This document shows, piece after piece, positions 25,716-39,021 of a stretch of 64,000 nt of DNA. The translations under genes and the position numbers were made by a program. Positions within the stretch are counted from its first letter, which is position 1. Every line of letters starts with the position of its first letter. The stretch is from Amphiscolops sp. MND2022 (lineage: Eukaryota), in NCBI GenBank assembly GCA_964187785.1, contig OZ076409.1:33792001-33856000 (forward strand), given 5' to 3'. The notes under the pieces were generated by a model. That model did no database searches and was not told where the DNA came from. It saw nothing but the letters and a program-made list of their open reading frames with translations.

Positions 25716-27062
25716 TTTAATTTCAGGAAAGCTTTTGATGCAGTTGATCACAGCGTTCTGTTGAATAAATTGAATCGAATCGGTATCAAAGGACTTTCTC
25801 ATAAACTCCTAACGAGTTACTTAACGAATAGGTGTCAGTATGTGAAAATTGAGGATAAATGCTCATCCATGAAATTAATAAAGCGTGGAGTCCCACAGGG
25901 ATCTATACTTGGCCCTCTCTTATTTCTTGTTTATTATAATGATTTGGGCGCCGATGAAAAATGGCAGAGTAAAATAATAAAGTATGCGGATGATACAGTT
26001 ATGATCGAAAAGCTAAATACAAAGTCTGATGATAAAACTTTGTTCCAAAATTGGACAGAAATGAATCGCTTGGATTGTAATTACACGAAAACAAAGTTTG
26101 TCGTTTTTGAGAAGAAATCTGTGAAGTTTCCGAACATTTTTATTGGGGATCATGAAGTTTCCTCTTGTGAGAGTTATAAATACTTGGGTATACATTTCGA
26201 TAAAAAATTGAACTTCCAAGAGCACATTAATCATGTTATTGCCACATTGGCGCAACAAAGCGGAATCTTGTACAAATTAAAGGCAACGTTGAACGAAAAA
26301 CAGTTAGTACAATATATTCGATCGTTTATATCACCTCTGGTTCAGTATGGCGTGCTTCTGTATGGCTTGGGCCCAAAAACTAAATTGCTAAAAATTTTCG
26401 TATTACAAAAAACTAATGAGGATAGCTTTAAGGCTTCCAACCAGAACTAGCTGAAAAATTCAACGAATTAAAAATTAGAACAGTGTTTGAGTATCATGTT
26501 TATGAAATCTTCAAATTTTCCCTTAACCAGATACGAAATGGTTTCAAAAGTCTTTGCATTGGAACGCAAAATATACAAACAAGAAATGGTAGTCTAAATA
26601 TATGGAATCGCGCAGGAGAAAATGATAGGCTAGATTCTCGGGCAATCATACTCATCAATTCATTGCGCAAGTGGGGTGTTTTATTTACAGACGAACTGAT
26701 ATGCCGAATGGACGAAAACTGTTTTCAAAATTACTACCACCAAATTGCAGATCTCTACATTTTTGGAAATGGTGACTTGATTGATACTATATGCAATTAG
26801 AATTTTTTCAGCTGGATAGATTGAAACGGTTAATTAAATGTCAAATCTCTACCACACACACACAAAAAAAGAGAAAAAAACTGAAAAAACACAAAAAAAT
26901 TCATTTCAAAAGGTTTCCTCTTGAAAAGCCTAAGCGCTTATAGGAAGCCTTTTCAGGGGCTAAATTATTTTATAATTGCACTTTTATGTTTATAATTTTT
27001 TATGACACTTATATATACAGCGCACCCTGATAAATTCAATTATTATTATTATTATTATTAAT
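25716..27062 (+). mobile_element. 5'-truncated non-LTR retrotransposon (CR1/L2-like RT) with (TTA)n tail
   Basis: KAFDAVDH, GVPQGSILGPLLFLVYYNDL, YADDT and YKYLG; frameshift at ~26410; 3' stem-loop (aggtttcct..aggaagcct) and (tta)n end. Confidence 0.9.
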
Positions 27063-28867
27063 TATAAACATCTGACTTCTCAAGAAAACTCTGTCCTGAA
27101 TCAATCAAAGTTTCGTTGTTGAAGTTTGCAGATTTTCGTACACATGAAAACAATCGAAAATTGCAGCAGGAAAAAGTTGTTTTCATCAATGTTTTTTTCC
27201 TAGAAAAACAATAACATTTTTTTCTGAAAAGTATGTATGATACTTTGTGTCAATATATACTTCTCTCGATATTCGAACGCCTGAAAACAATCGAAACCTT
27301 CACAAAAAAGTGACTTGTTGTACTGAAAACGTTTGTCTTTTTTGATGTCTTCACCCATAAATTCCGAATTGCTGGTCGTGAAGGAATACCAGGTGAATAT
27401 TTGCTTCGGCTTTGAAATTAGTGAAAACTGTACGAAAATTACCTAAAGTAGTCAAAAACAAATGCCCTTTCTACATTTCAGTGTAATAGTGATGCCTATT
27501 TCAAACAATGAAAACTAAAGTACCATTCATAACTGCATACGCAATAGCTAGCTAGTTCTTCGTTAAACTTTCGGAAAGGTGTGATCTTTCCAAACGTTCG
27601 AAAACTATACATAATTTTTCGCGTGTTTTGTTGTTTGTTTGAGACATTTTTTGAACAAACTTTCGCAGGAATCTCTCCCGGGAACTGTTTTTTAACATTC
27701 AAACCTTTTGGATATTCACCACTGATGAAAAAATCAAAATATGTAATAAAAACGCCAAAAGTTTAAAAACGGAAAACTGTTGCTTCAAGAAGGGAAACAT
27801 CTTGAATAGTTGTAATGTTTTCGTCTCGAAACTTTTTGGATACTTAACGTACGAAAATCATCAAAATTTGAACAAATCTTGCAAAACAAGCGAGGACTGG
27901 AATATTTCTGCGGTGAAAATTGTCAAAAATTGCAAAAAAATATAAAAATTGAAAATCATAATTTATGTTTTTTGGGCTAACTTTGAGCCACTTTTTAGGA
28001 AAACTTTTCGGAGTTCCCTTTGAAAAAGCTTTCATGATAGTTTTTATTCCGGAAATATTTCAAAATTCTAACCCGCAAAATTATTGGATATTGTACAAAA
28101 AACGCAGAAAAGCCAAAAAGCTGGAAACTTTCCAATAGTTTCAACTTTTTTGGTGCTTTTGGGGTCGTTTTGAACCATTTTGAAGCATTATAATTTGAGT
28201 TTCTCAAAAAAGCAATATGTATAGCTGCTTTGTTTAGTTTTGGAATCTTTTGGATTTTCTCATCTAACAAAATTATTCAAAAACTGTACAAAAACGGCTT
28301 TAAAAATTTCAAACATCTCCACAAATACAAATCTAGGTTTATGTCAGTAGAATCTATTTTGAACATGGAAAATTTGGGGGAAAACGCTGCTCAAATGGAA
28401 ATATGGGCGGAAAGTAATGAACTAAAGGCAGTCCCTGTTTTTGCTTGTCTTCTATTCGTTTATCTCCTTGTATTCATTGACTGTACCTCACGAGTTCTAT
28501 CAAATTCGTGGATTTTTTGGTAAAGATCTTGCGAAGTTCTTTGCCAAGATCTGCAACAAAAAGTGAGAATCTTATCAAGCTCTAATTTTTACACCTGCAT
28601 TGCTAGTGTTTTTGTCAACAATAAGCTCCGAAGGTTACATAATGGATTCGTGAGCACTTGATGCTTTTTGAATCTAGGTTTAACACAATCTTTTTGAGTT
28701 TCTTCAGGGAAAAAAACTTTTCTATTACGATGTTTCAAATTGCATTACATTGTTGGTTCAGGAATCGAAAGGACTGCAGCTAGTCTAGATTTAGAATACT
28801 TCAGTTTGCATCAATGAAAGCGTAAAAACTTGGTGAATTTCTTCGAAAAGAAGAAAAAGTTTCTTCT

Positions 28868-30971
28868 GTTTAGTATCAATTCACCCCACCTTCATTTCAC
28901 CCCATATCATTTCACCCCATTTCATTTCACCCGATACCATTTCACCCCACATTCATTACACCCTACATTTAATTATCAAATGCACCTCAGATTAATGACT
29001 ATTGCAACACCATTTCAATTTAATAGAAAAGCGTCTAGAATCTAATTACCAATTAGTAAGCAAACGATACTTGCTATGTGAACCACAAATCGGAACCGAA
29101 ACGTTTCACTTGTCGGAATTGTAATACTTCTGAACAAGGCGCTGAAAAAAATATTTTTTCTGTCAATCAAAATCTTCAACTATGTATTCTGCGAATCTTC
29201 GTCAAAAAATATCCCATTCCGTTTTCCTACGGCAAATTAATTCCTACAGAAACTGACAATCAAATCAAAGCTAACTCAAAGACAGTAGGCATCAAAATTT
29301 CATTGTTAATTGGTTATTTAAGGTGAGACGCTGGTTGCGTTGCAATACAAATAGACGGAATTAAAACAAATCGGTTCCCGCGACCAGCAAATTTTTGGGA
29401 AAATATTCCAAATATCTTAATTTTTGCAATTATATATTTCAAATAACCTTGAAATATTGCATGAAAGGTCTTGCAATCTTGTTTGTCATTGTTTGTTAAG
29501 GTTTGCAAATTTTGGAAATTAAATAATGCTCATTTGCCGGCAAAACGCAATAATTTCACCATTATTTAGTATCATTCGCCTCGATTTGTCACCGTTTATG
29601 GCCGTAAAGATATTATTCAACTCTTCCCCTTTTTCAAACCATTTCTAGAATAAGCTAAAATTTTACAGGGTGGCCAGAGAGGCATTTCATCCTACTCAGC
29701 CCATTCATCCTATTCAGCCCATTCATCCTTTTCAGCCATTTCTTGCTATTCAGCCCATTCATCCTTTTGAGCCCATTCATCCAGTTCATCCTGTTTAACA
29801 ACCTTTGAAGCCGAACCCATTCAGTCAGCCCACTGGCGCGGGAAACCTTTGAGGCCGAACCCATTCAGTCAACCCATGTGCGCGGGCAACCGTTGGCGCA
29901 GTTGCAACTGACAATAATGCGTTAACTTCCCATCACTTCTTTCTGGGAACAGCTGGCTCGCCTCTACCGTCCCATTATAACTGTGATTTCGACCACGGCA
30001 AGCGATATGCACGCGCATAAGCCTACTCTGACGCTATTTGGAACAGATGGCTGAAAGAGTACGTACCGACATTGAATCGTCGCTCAATGTGGTCTACACA
30101 ATCCGACAGCTAACTGAAAACCGGAGACCTCGTTTGGATCATACAACCAACTAGCCCGAGAGGCTACTACCCTCTCGCGCGTGTCGTCAAACTCAACTTT
30201 GGCAGCGATGCCGTCGCCCGCTCCGCCGAAGTTAAGACCACATCCGGAAACCTCGTCCGTCCAGTCGTGAAACTAGCCCCAGTCCTTCCTTCAACCGATT
30301 TACCTGATTTATCGTAACCCGTAACTTTTGTACTTAACTTATTAACCACATGTATCATTAAAACATATAAAACATATGTATCGTGTATTTTATATCAAAT
30401 CGATCATGAACAAATGGTTGATCATCTTCTTGGGCCCGGAGGATGTTGCATTGCAATACAATTAAACGGAATTAAAACAAATAATAAGACAATTTAGCGC
30501 AGTGGTAGCAGAGGAGCTTTCCCACCGTAAGATCGTCGGTTCGGTTCCCAGGACTGGCAAATATTTGAAAATATTCCAAATATCTTTATTTTTGCAATTA
30601 TATATTTTAAATAACTTTGAAATATTGCATGAAAGGTCTTGCTATCTTGTTTATCATTGTTTGTTAATGTTTGCAAATATTGGAAATTAAATAATGCTCA
30701 TTTGCCTGCGAAATGCAATAATTTCACCATTATTTAGTATCATTCGCCTCGATTTGTCACCATTTATGGCCGTAAACATATTATTCCTCTCTTCCCCTTT
30801 TTCAAACGAATTCTAGAAAAAGCTAGAATTTTACAACGCTTTTGTATAATTACAATATGGTGTGAATTGAAAGTGGGGTGAAATGATATGGGGTGAAATG
30901 ATATGGGGTGAAATGATATAGGGTGATATGATATGGGGTGAAATGATTTTGGGGTGAAATGAACGCACACC
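28868..30971. mobile_element. Mutator-like foldback element with inverted 15-bp arrays (catttcaccccatat)
   Basis: Arrays at ~28878-28965 and, inverted, at ~30859-30962; perfect 9-bp TSD GTTTCTTCT (28859-28867, 30972-30980). Confidence 0.8.
29333..30835 (+). mobile_element. Internally deleted BEL/Pao LTR retrotransposon
   Basis: LTRs 29333-29667 and 30444-30835, ACGCT TSD, gggcccggagga PPT. Internal WNRWLKEYVPTL..GDLVWI..PRGYYPLARVV..RPVVKLAP (BEL integrase C-terminus, DUF5641-like). 18-bp minisatellite at ~29697-29790. Confidence 0.9.
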
Positions 30972-32972
30972 GTTTCTTCTTTGTTTTTCATAAGAATTCA
31001 AGGAAGGTCCAATATTGATGTCTTTTTGACACACTTCAGAGAAGCATTGATATTTGGTATCGCAAGCTTTTTGAAGTTTTCTGCACATTTCTTCAATGTG
31101 AAAGTACTCCTCTCTTTTTCGGTCTCACTTTTGATTGGATCAAAATGATTCTTAATTCCAATGATTTAGGTGCTAACGGCTGTGCTCAGAAATTGTATGG
31201 CACCGTTGTTCACGGATTATTTTGGGTTTGAGTTTCCGACTTTTTTCTTAGGATTCGGTTTTGTTGAGAACCTGCCTCGTGTGATGTTTGAATTGTCATT
31301 TGAGAAGGATTTGTGGCAAATAATCAAGACTGAAACCTTCAACACTTGAATTATTTCACGATTGTTTCATTTTGTGATTTGAATTTTATGCAATTTATTG
31401 CTCGCAAACTATTATGTCAAAGAGAGTCTGAGCTTTTTAAGAAATGATAATTTTACACATCTTACGACACTTCTAAAACAAGCTTATATCTATTTTACAA
31501 ATCTAACAACACTTCTAAAACAAGCTTATATCTAGTCGAATATATTCCTTCTTCACTATTACATTTGTCAAAGCTATATCTATGAATTTGATTTCAAAAA
31601 GTATTATTCGACTTTCGTTTAATGGGGTGAACAAATTTACACAGCTTTCCCTCCAACATTTGTGCGATTTTTCATCACTACATCTACGCGCTTAACCAGT
31701 CAAAACCTTTCGACAGTTTAGTTTTCATTTAGGCCACAAGTTTGCCTTTTTTATTATTAACAAAATTATTAGTATTAGATTACACGAGGAGCAAAAAATA
31801 CCGTTATTCTGAGAAAAATTCTTTTACTTCCTGTTTAAAACTTGAACAAGCATTATAGACAGATAGAACTGATTCATTTTAAGGTGCACAGTTTGGAGAT
31901 ATGTTTTTTTATTTCGAAACTCAACGCTTCGAATTGTCTATATCGCGTCTTTTTTGACAATTGTCTTCTTGTCATGGAAAAAGGAAGAGATTAATTTCTT
32001 ATTTTGTCAACTTACCTTTTCATGAAATTTTGTTTCTTCAAAATGACTTTCAAAACAATCTCGATGCCCACAGTACGTGCCGTAGCTCCGCCAAAACTTG
32101 AAAAGTGCCAAGTTGATGCTTCGAAGTAGAAGAATCGAAGCAATACAACTTTTCAGCGTAAACGTCACAAAAGAAAACACAAAAATCCTCAGAAATACTT
32201 TTTCAGCTTTGCAAACTGAGGATTATCAAAAATTGCCTCATCGGAAATTTCGACGTCTGAAATTTTGTCGCCAGAAAATTCGAAATTGAACAAATCCCTC
32301 TGCAGATCTGAAACTGGTTCTTCCGCACATGCAGTTATGATTTTATTTATGAAAGCGTGAAATATGTCTGACTGAAGAAAATCCAATTTTGTTTCAGAGA
32401 AAAGTGTCTCACTAGCCCGAAAAGGTAAAAAAAACTTCACGGATGTGTGATCAGTGTTCTGTTCAGTGTGGGGTAGAAAATTTTCAGAGCACTGCGAAAA
32501 AGCAAAATTCAAAACTTTGAATCAAAAAAGTTGCGAAGAAGTTTGAAAAATCACTTTTTCATCTCGCAGTGACGAACAAGGGTGTTCAATAAAACATTGC
32601 AGTTAAATTGCACCCTGTATGCCAGTTATTATTATTGCTGACCTAGAAAAATAAATTCTTGCAATAATTTGAATTATTGACCATCATGATATGACAATAT
32701 CATAAAGAGTTTAAGCATTGTTCTACATACATACATCCCAGTAACTTCTGTTCGTTTAAACAAATGACTCTCTAAGTTTACAGGTGTGATGCTTTTTCTG
32801 TAATCTGTGTAAAGACTTCTTACAAAGCTGAATATTCCTATTGACAGACGAAATTTATCCTGGATAACGCAATTGGCGCACGCTTGTATAACATCACAAT
32901 TATTGCAATTAATCGGTTTTTCCAATGTCAATTATTATATATTTTTAATACTAAAAATGAATTATTGGTTAT

Positions 32973-33490
32973 ACAAGACGAGAACATCTAAAGTCGGCGC
33001 TATATCTAAGGCCCAAGAAGCGCAAAACATTTTTTGGAGAAAAACTTGGAATTTTTGAAACTTTTTTCTTTCGAAAAATGTCGCATAGTGCCGAAAAATG
33101 TAAAAGGGGGATCCTTCCCTTTCGGATTCATTATCTTACATTCTGTATCAAATATCTTCTGTTAACATATATTCTGTTAACATACATTCATCGAAATATC
33201 AAAAAACTCGAAGGGGGGACCTTTTGGGGACATTTAAAAATTTTCAAAAAACGTCGCACAGTGCCGAAAAAAATCCAAAGGGGGACACTTTAGGCACGTC
33301 CGGTTTTGTAAATTTTCTTGAAAAAATAAAAAATGGAAGGGTGGACCCTTTGGACTAAGTTTGCCTTAGCCGGACTTGGCCTTGGGTGATTTCAGGAATG
33401 TTTCTAAAAAGTGTGCGGATTGTAGTCTGAAGAAAAAAAAGGTCACTGCTATAGACGGGCATTTTTCCTTAAAATGAAAACGCGCTGACT
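32973..33490 (-). mobile_element. Helentron-associated element, family C
   Basis: acaagacgagaacatctaaagtcggcgc ... gcgctgactaaaaa termini. Confidence 0.7.
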
Positions 33491-33615
33491 AAAAATACAT
33501 TAGTCTTGTTTGATACAAGTTCGAGACCGGCTTGATTCGATCCCCAAGGTCATCATGGCAATAATTCGAATATATCGTGAAGAATTAGGATATAAGGCAT
33601 ATTGTTGAAAACGTC

Positions 33616-34284
33616 GGTTCTCCTGACTAAGTGTGGTCCCTACAAAATTTATGCAGCCGGCCTGAAAACTCCTGACTAAGTGTTGTCCCTTGTAAATTTA
33701 GAAGAACCAACGTAAAGCAAACATTACATGTAGTTCGAATCATCAGAATTCACTTTACTAACTTTCCCTAGTTGAAACTGCAGGAACTTTTTAAATGCTG
33801 CAGGCCTGCATGCAGGGTAATTTTTTATAAAACCTAGAAAATTCAGCGAACTTCAGATGGTAAATCTTGTAGAATTACACTGCAATCAAATTTGAAAATA
33901 AATTCCACTTCAGTACCGACAATATCACTTTGTATCAACACTTGTTTTCTCAACTTCTCATCTAATGTGATCACCTTTTATACTCGACTAAATTTAGTGC
34001 TGTTACAGCCAATATGTATGGAACTTGATCTAAAGAGGTTAGCATACTTGTTGTATGGCTCGGTCGCTTCGCTCCTTTCACCAAGTAGCAACATTGAGGC
34101 ATGTCCATATGGCACGTCGCTCCGCTTCGATTCTCTCCTGCATTTAGGGCACTAGGGGTATGTGAACATAGTTGACTACGTTATAATAATTATTCCGATA
34201 AAATATGCAGGGACCACACTTATATTATAGGGACCACACTTAGTAAGGAGAAATCGCTTGGGACCACACTTAGTCAGGAGTACC
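33616..34284. mobile_element. MITE with 25-bp TIR and 8-bp TSD (Merlin- or Mutator-like); contains a nested ccctag.. repeat also found at 61194
   Basis: TIR ggt(t/a)ctcctgactaagtgtggtccc, TSD AAAACGTC on both sides, internal subterminal TIR copies. Confidence 0.85.
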
Positions 34285-34401
34285 AAAACGTCATATCAGA
34301 AAACGGCATCCGCAGACTTGAATTTAGAAAGATGAAAAGTTAGGTCCACCCGGGTTCAGCTAACGTTTTCAAGTTTCCAATTCCAATTTGCGCATCCTAA
34401 C

Positions 34402-34846
34402 CAGGGGTACCGCAAAATTAATTGCTATAAGATTCCCTAGCTTCCATAAATAATTTTCATTGAGGACAGCTGTCCATAAATTATTTCCATAATCTCACAA
34501 AAATAAATAATGGCAATTATTTTTTTGAATTAGAAGAAATACTACACAAGGCAGAACATGGAGACAAAAAGTACATGTACAATTATATCAGGGTAGAAAT
34601 TTACTCAGCGCCCCAAAGTTTTGTTGACGATCAGAAAACGTTCGGCTTCAAGGTGCATGGGCGACAACTTTTGACACCTAACCGCTAACAGCCAGACTGG
34701 ATCATGTGAAAATAATGGCTGCCATAATTCTCAGAAATCCATAAATTATGGCCTTTGTCCAAAAATAAATTATATTTACGGAAGACCCAAAAAAGAAATT
34801 ATTTATGGCCATTATTTCCATAATAATTATTTTTGCAGTACCCCTG
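34402..34846. mobile_element. hAT-type MITE
   Basis: TIR caggggtac(c/t)gcaaaa and perfect 8-bp TSD ATCCTAAC. Confidence 0.9.
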
Positions 34847-35362
34847 ATCCTAACCCGTTTTGGAAAAAAATCAAGCTGTCAGATGCCTTTTAAGTGCTAA
34901 TGTCGCAATACTGTAAATTTTCACATCAAGCCTTACTTCGGTAAGCATTATACTTTATATTAAAATATCATTTTATAGTGGAAGCTTGTAAATCAAACTT
35001 TCTCTATCCAGTCGTGATCCTGGTGATTTGCAACTCTATAAAAGCATCTGTCACAACTAAAACGCACAAAACGAATAGCACTGAGTGACATTTTTAAGAG
35101 ACACTTTCTATGGTAACACGGATTTCGAGTTTCCCTACAGTCAACCAAGTACCAAAGGAGTCGTAGCTCATATTACACTGAATACATTAAATTAATCCAA
35201 GCCGTGTTTTTTAGATGTCAGCGTTAAAACTGTTACAAAACTCTGCTCATCAGTTTCTGTCCATAAAATAAGTCATAAATAGTTCCAACTTTCAAAATTT
35301 CTTTTTTTTTCAGATGTCAATTGACAGTCAATCAGTGAACTGACATTTCTAAATACCTTTAA

Positions 35363-35583
35363 ATGATGGAACAACTCAAAGTAACCGCTTTATTTTCGGT
35401 TTTATTTTCCATTAATTTATTTGTGATTATAAATTCCGCCTATTACGACAGTAGCGTCGCCTTATTGGGTTTGTTTGAAAAAGATGTGGAGCTTACGAGT
35501 CAACTTATAGAAATGTATAAGAAGCAGCCTTTGCTCCAGTCTTTTTTCACCGATCATACCAACCTGCAAGATATACTAACGGG
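35363..35583 (+). CDS. P4HA: Prolyl 4-hydroxylase alpha-like, coding exon 1 (signal peptide)
   Basis: Hydrophobic N-terminus MMEQLKVTALFSVLFSINLFVIINSA; donor gg|gtgagt (phase 2); upstream acceptor at 35313. Confidence 0.85.
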
Positions 35584-35748
35584 GTGAGTCTCTTTTGAAG
35601 TTTTTGTCTGAAGACGATTTACCGATGGATGAAATGCTGGCAACTTAGTGATTATTCATAGGAACAAATTAAGACAACAAAAACAGATTTTACCTTATGT
35701 GGTCGAAGTTCATTTGTTATTATGTGTGTAGTGTTGAAATTTTTCCAG

Positions 35749-36087
35749 GCCTCTGCTTCCGGCCCAAAAACAAACAACAGCCACTGTGAACAACCCTTTG
35801 AACCAGTACTTGCTGCTATGGCGCTTCCACCGAACATGGCCTGGCGCTTCCGCTGAAATGACAAAAATAATGAAGAGTCGAGAGTTCTACAAGAAGGTGC
35901 AGAAACAAGTGATGTTGCAGAGAGTTCAAGAGACCATGAAGAGCTTGCAGAGCACAATTGCGCAAATTGTGATCCATGATGCAGAACTGACTAGAGGAGC
36001 CAAGGCTCTGCTCAGACTGCAGGAAGTTTATCGGCTGAAACCATCAGATCTGCTACAAGGCTTCGTTGCCAATTTCACCGCTGCTCG
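35749..36087 (+). CDS. P4HA: P4H alpha-like exon 2 (P4Ha_N domain)
   Basis: Acceptor ttccag; NPLNQYLLLWRF and GAKALLRLQEVYRL; donor cg|gtacgt (phase 2). Confidence 0.9.
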
Positions 36088-37747
36088 GTACGTGTGTTTT
36101 AACAATCATCAACAGAAACATGAGACTAGTCCAAATAATTCAAAACCTCGTTGATACCGCAACAAAAATGAAATGTGCTAAAGGCGTTTTTTGATCTGAA
36201 GTACAAAGGCAGTTATTTTCGCATTAAAAACTATTTCGTAAAAAGATTTTTCGTTATTTTGCGTTTAGCAGACCGAAAGGTAATTCAAGTTAATTAATGT
36301 CAATAGCGTCAAATGTATTGATTAATCTCAGATGTTTTGATCAAACTCAGATACCAACAGAGTTTACTGTAAACTTCATACAATGTTTATATAAATCAAA
36401 TTCAAAGCTTTGTGTAATTTTTCGATTTGTTAAATCTATCGATAGATTCACCTTTGGTCAAACTTTAACAAATCGAAAAATTACACAAAGCTTTGAATTT
36501 GATTTAAATGATTTAATGATCATCTGGAAGGATTGTCGAACATTTGAAAGAAAAAAGAACCAATGGTAGATTATTCTATAGAGACATGTATCAGACAGGA
36601 AAACGTTTATTGCTGTCATGTTTCTTTTGTCTGCAACTTCTCATTGCTGAACTGGGATTTTGGGCGACTTACAAAAAGGAGGTTAAAATTTCTTAATGCT
36701 TCCCTACGAACGAGAAAATGCAAAGCATTATCGATTTGAAAAAAAAATGTATTGGTTAATTTTGATGGCAAAAAGTTTTTTAAGTATTTACGTTCAAAAA
36801 AATTCTGTGAAGACAAGAATTCGAGAATTTTCACTCGATTTGAAGCATTGGACTTTGTGGCCAAAAATGGTGTCAATCGGTCCAAACAATCGATGAACAT
36901 TATCTTAGTTTCCTTATCAGCAAGACACTGTTTAAAGAGTTTGTTTAGAAAGCATGCTTTGATGCAATATTCTGAAAAGCGTAAGTAAAGAATGCATTTT
37001 GTATTTTACACATTGCTTTTTTGTGGTCGAATTACTCTGGAAAAGTACAAATTCGAACCAAATAACTCTGATTTGGATCAATTTGTGTAGATGTATATAA
37101 CCTGCTCATATTTGTCCGCTACTGTTTTTGATAAGTAACCGAAAAAAAACCCAACTGTCAACATTAAGAATGTACTCGAAAAGCATAGTGACTATTTTTT
37201 AGTCTACAAAACGTATCTGAACGGTTAGAACGGTCTACTTAGAGACTCTTGGGCTAAGAAATATAGGTACCCAAAATGCCCCCTGTTTCTTTACTTTACA
37301 GAACTACGTGAATAACGAAGCTCTATGGAACCACACGAACCTATCTGATGTTTTTGACTGCAATCTTTTTTGAACGTTTTCATGAACCAAAGATCCCAAG
37401 TTTTCGTTTATGGATATTTTCAGTCACGGAGACTCTTTTAGTGCCAAAGGACTCCCTACCAAAAACTTTCGGCATTGCGAGGCCTTTTCGTTATTTTTGT
37501 AGACTTTGCTCTTCTCTTTTGGAGCCTTCCGCGGGGCGCCTGCATCAGACGTTCCCGGTTTGTTTTGTTGTAATCATCTGTCTTTTCTCAAATTGTCTGT
37601 TTGATAAGGTTGTGAAACACGGCGCTTCTGATCAATACCTAGTTGTGTTGAACATAGATATTCTGTCCCATTTTTTGACGGTACGTGACTTTTTTGATCA
37701 AACGATCAAACTTGCAAACGCAGCGAAGCCATTTTCTGTTCCACAAA

Positions 37748-39021
37748 GATTACCAGAAATTTCGTCAGCAGACATTTCATTGTCGGACATTTGGTCGTGA
37801 GAAACGTCGTCGTAGTAAAAATTTGTCGTCAAAAATTTCGTCGTCTTACAGCTCGCGGAAATTGAATTTTTTCACGTGTTCTATCAAATTCAACTCTTCG
37901 ATTTCATTTTTTTGGTATTTGACACAAGATTTTTTGCTCAAAATTAATCGCGATCAGTTTCGGACATATTTCGGGGCAAACCGTTTTCACCAGCCACAAT
38001 AGTGTGTCATAGCACACAGTGTTTTTGTCGGGTAACATGCAAATAGTAATGGCGGAGGAGCTATATCTCCAACTAAATAATGAATTGTGTACAGTTGGTA
38101 TGTTAGAAGTGCCACATTGTCAGATATTCCCTCGCAAAGTCAAGGGTTTACATTTTTTGGGTTTTCCGAATGTAACTTGAATGGCGAAGAAAATTATTCT
38201 TTCATCGCCATTCTCTGGACTAATATCTGCCGCTACCATGAACAGCTCTTGTTCTCCAAGTTTGACTCTTTGTAGCCCATTTTCGAATGAGGAGGCTTTT
38301 CAACTCATTAGGTAAAGGCGGAAGGTCCTTTCGTCTTTGATTATATAAAAACTTTTTGGTGTGTTCATCTACCGGGAATTTCGCCAGAACGATTTCCATA
38401 GAAAATTTCGCATTCAGGGTTCCACGGGGTGATTATGGCAGATAGCTGCTTGCTCCCTTAAATCAGTGTATGCTTTCTATCACATCCTTTCCAGACTTTG
38501 CCAAATGATTTGGCGCCCCCGACTTTTTCAGCAGTGTTGATCCAATTGATTGCAAGTGACATTTGCATTTAGTTTTCTTGGAATGTTTGCAACGCCAAAA
38601 TGACCTGTGTCCGATTCTCTTTCAAGTTTGTAATATGTCCTTGACGATTGACAATTGTCGGCCTCGGTTACTCGTCAAAAATTTAATGAGTCCATGATGC
38701 AGGAGTTTGGCAAATTGCTCGTTGGTTGTTTCCTGTCAAATGACCGTGTCTCTACGTCTTTTGCTTTTTATTACAAAAAATGAGCCTCAATGATTAGATT
38801 ATTTTCTTTGAATAAGTAATGGATATTCGACCAAATTCAGAAATTTTCATCATAAACACTTTGAAGTAGGTTACCTTGTAGAGATTAAATGGGCGCTCCT
38901 GATTAGGACTAATTACGACGAAATTGCAGACGACGAAATTTCTGTGTGCGGTAACACCACGAAGTTTCTCGCGACAAAATTTCGAAAGACGAAATTTCTG
39001 ACGACGAATATTCCGCCTCCC
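37748..39021 (-). mobile_element. Mutator-like (MULE) foldback element with degenerate FLYWCH-MULE transposase remnant
   Basis: Inverted acgacgaaattt arrays at both ends, TSD TCCACAAA. Minus strand ~38010-38695 gives SNRGRQL..FWRCKHSKKTKCKCHL..NH and YQLYTIH. Confidence 0.8.

Noticed and set aside
36908..36981. LSARHCL segment ending in gtaagt as P4H exon 3
   Set aside because: Similarity ends after a few residues; 40582-40838 fits both motifs and both splice phases.
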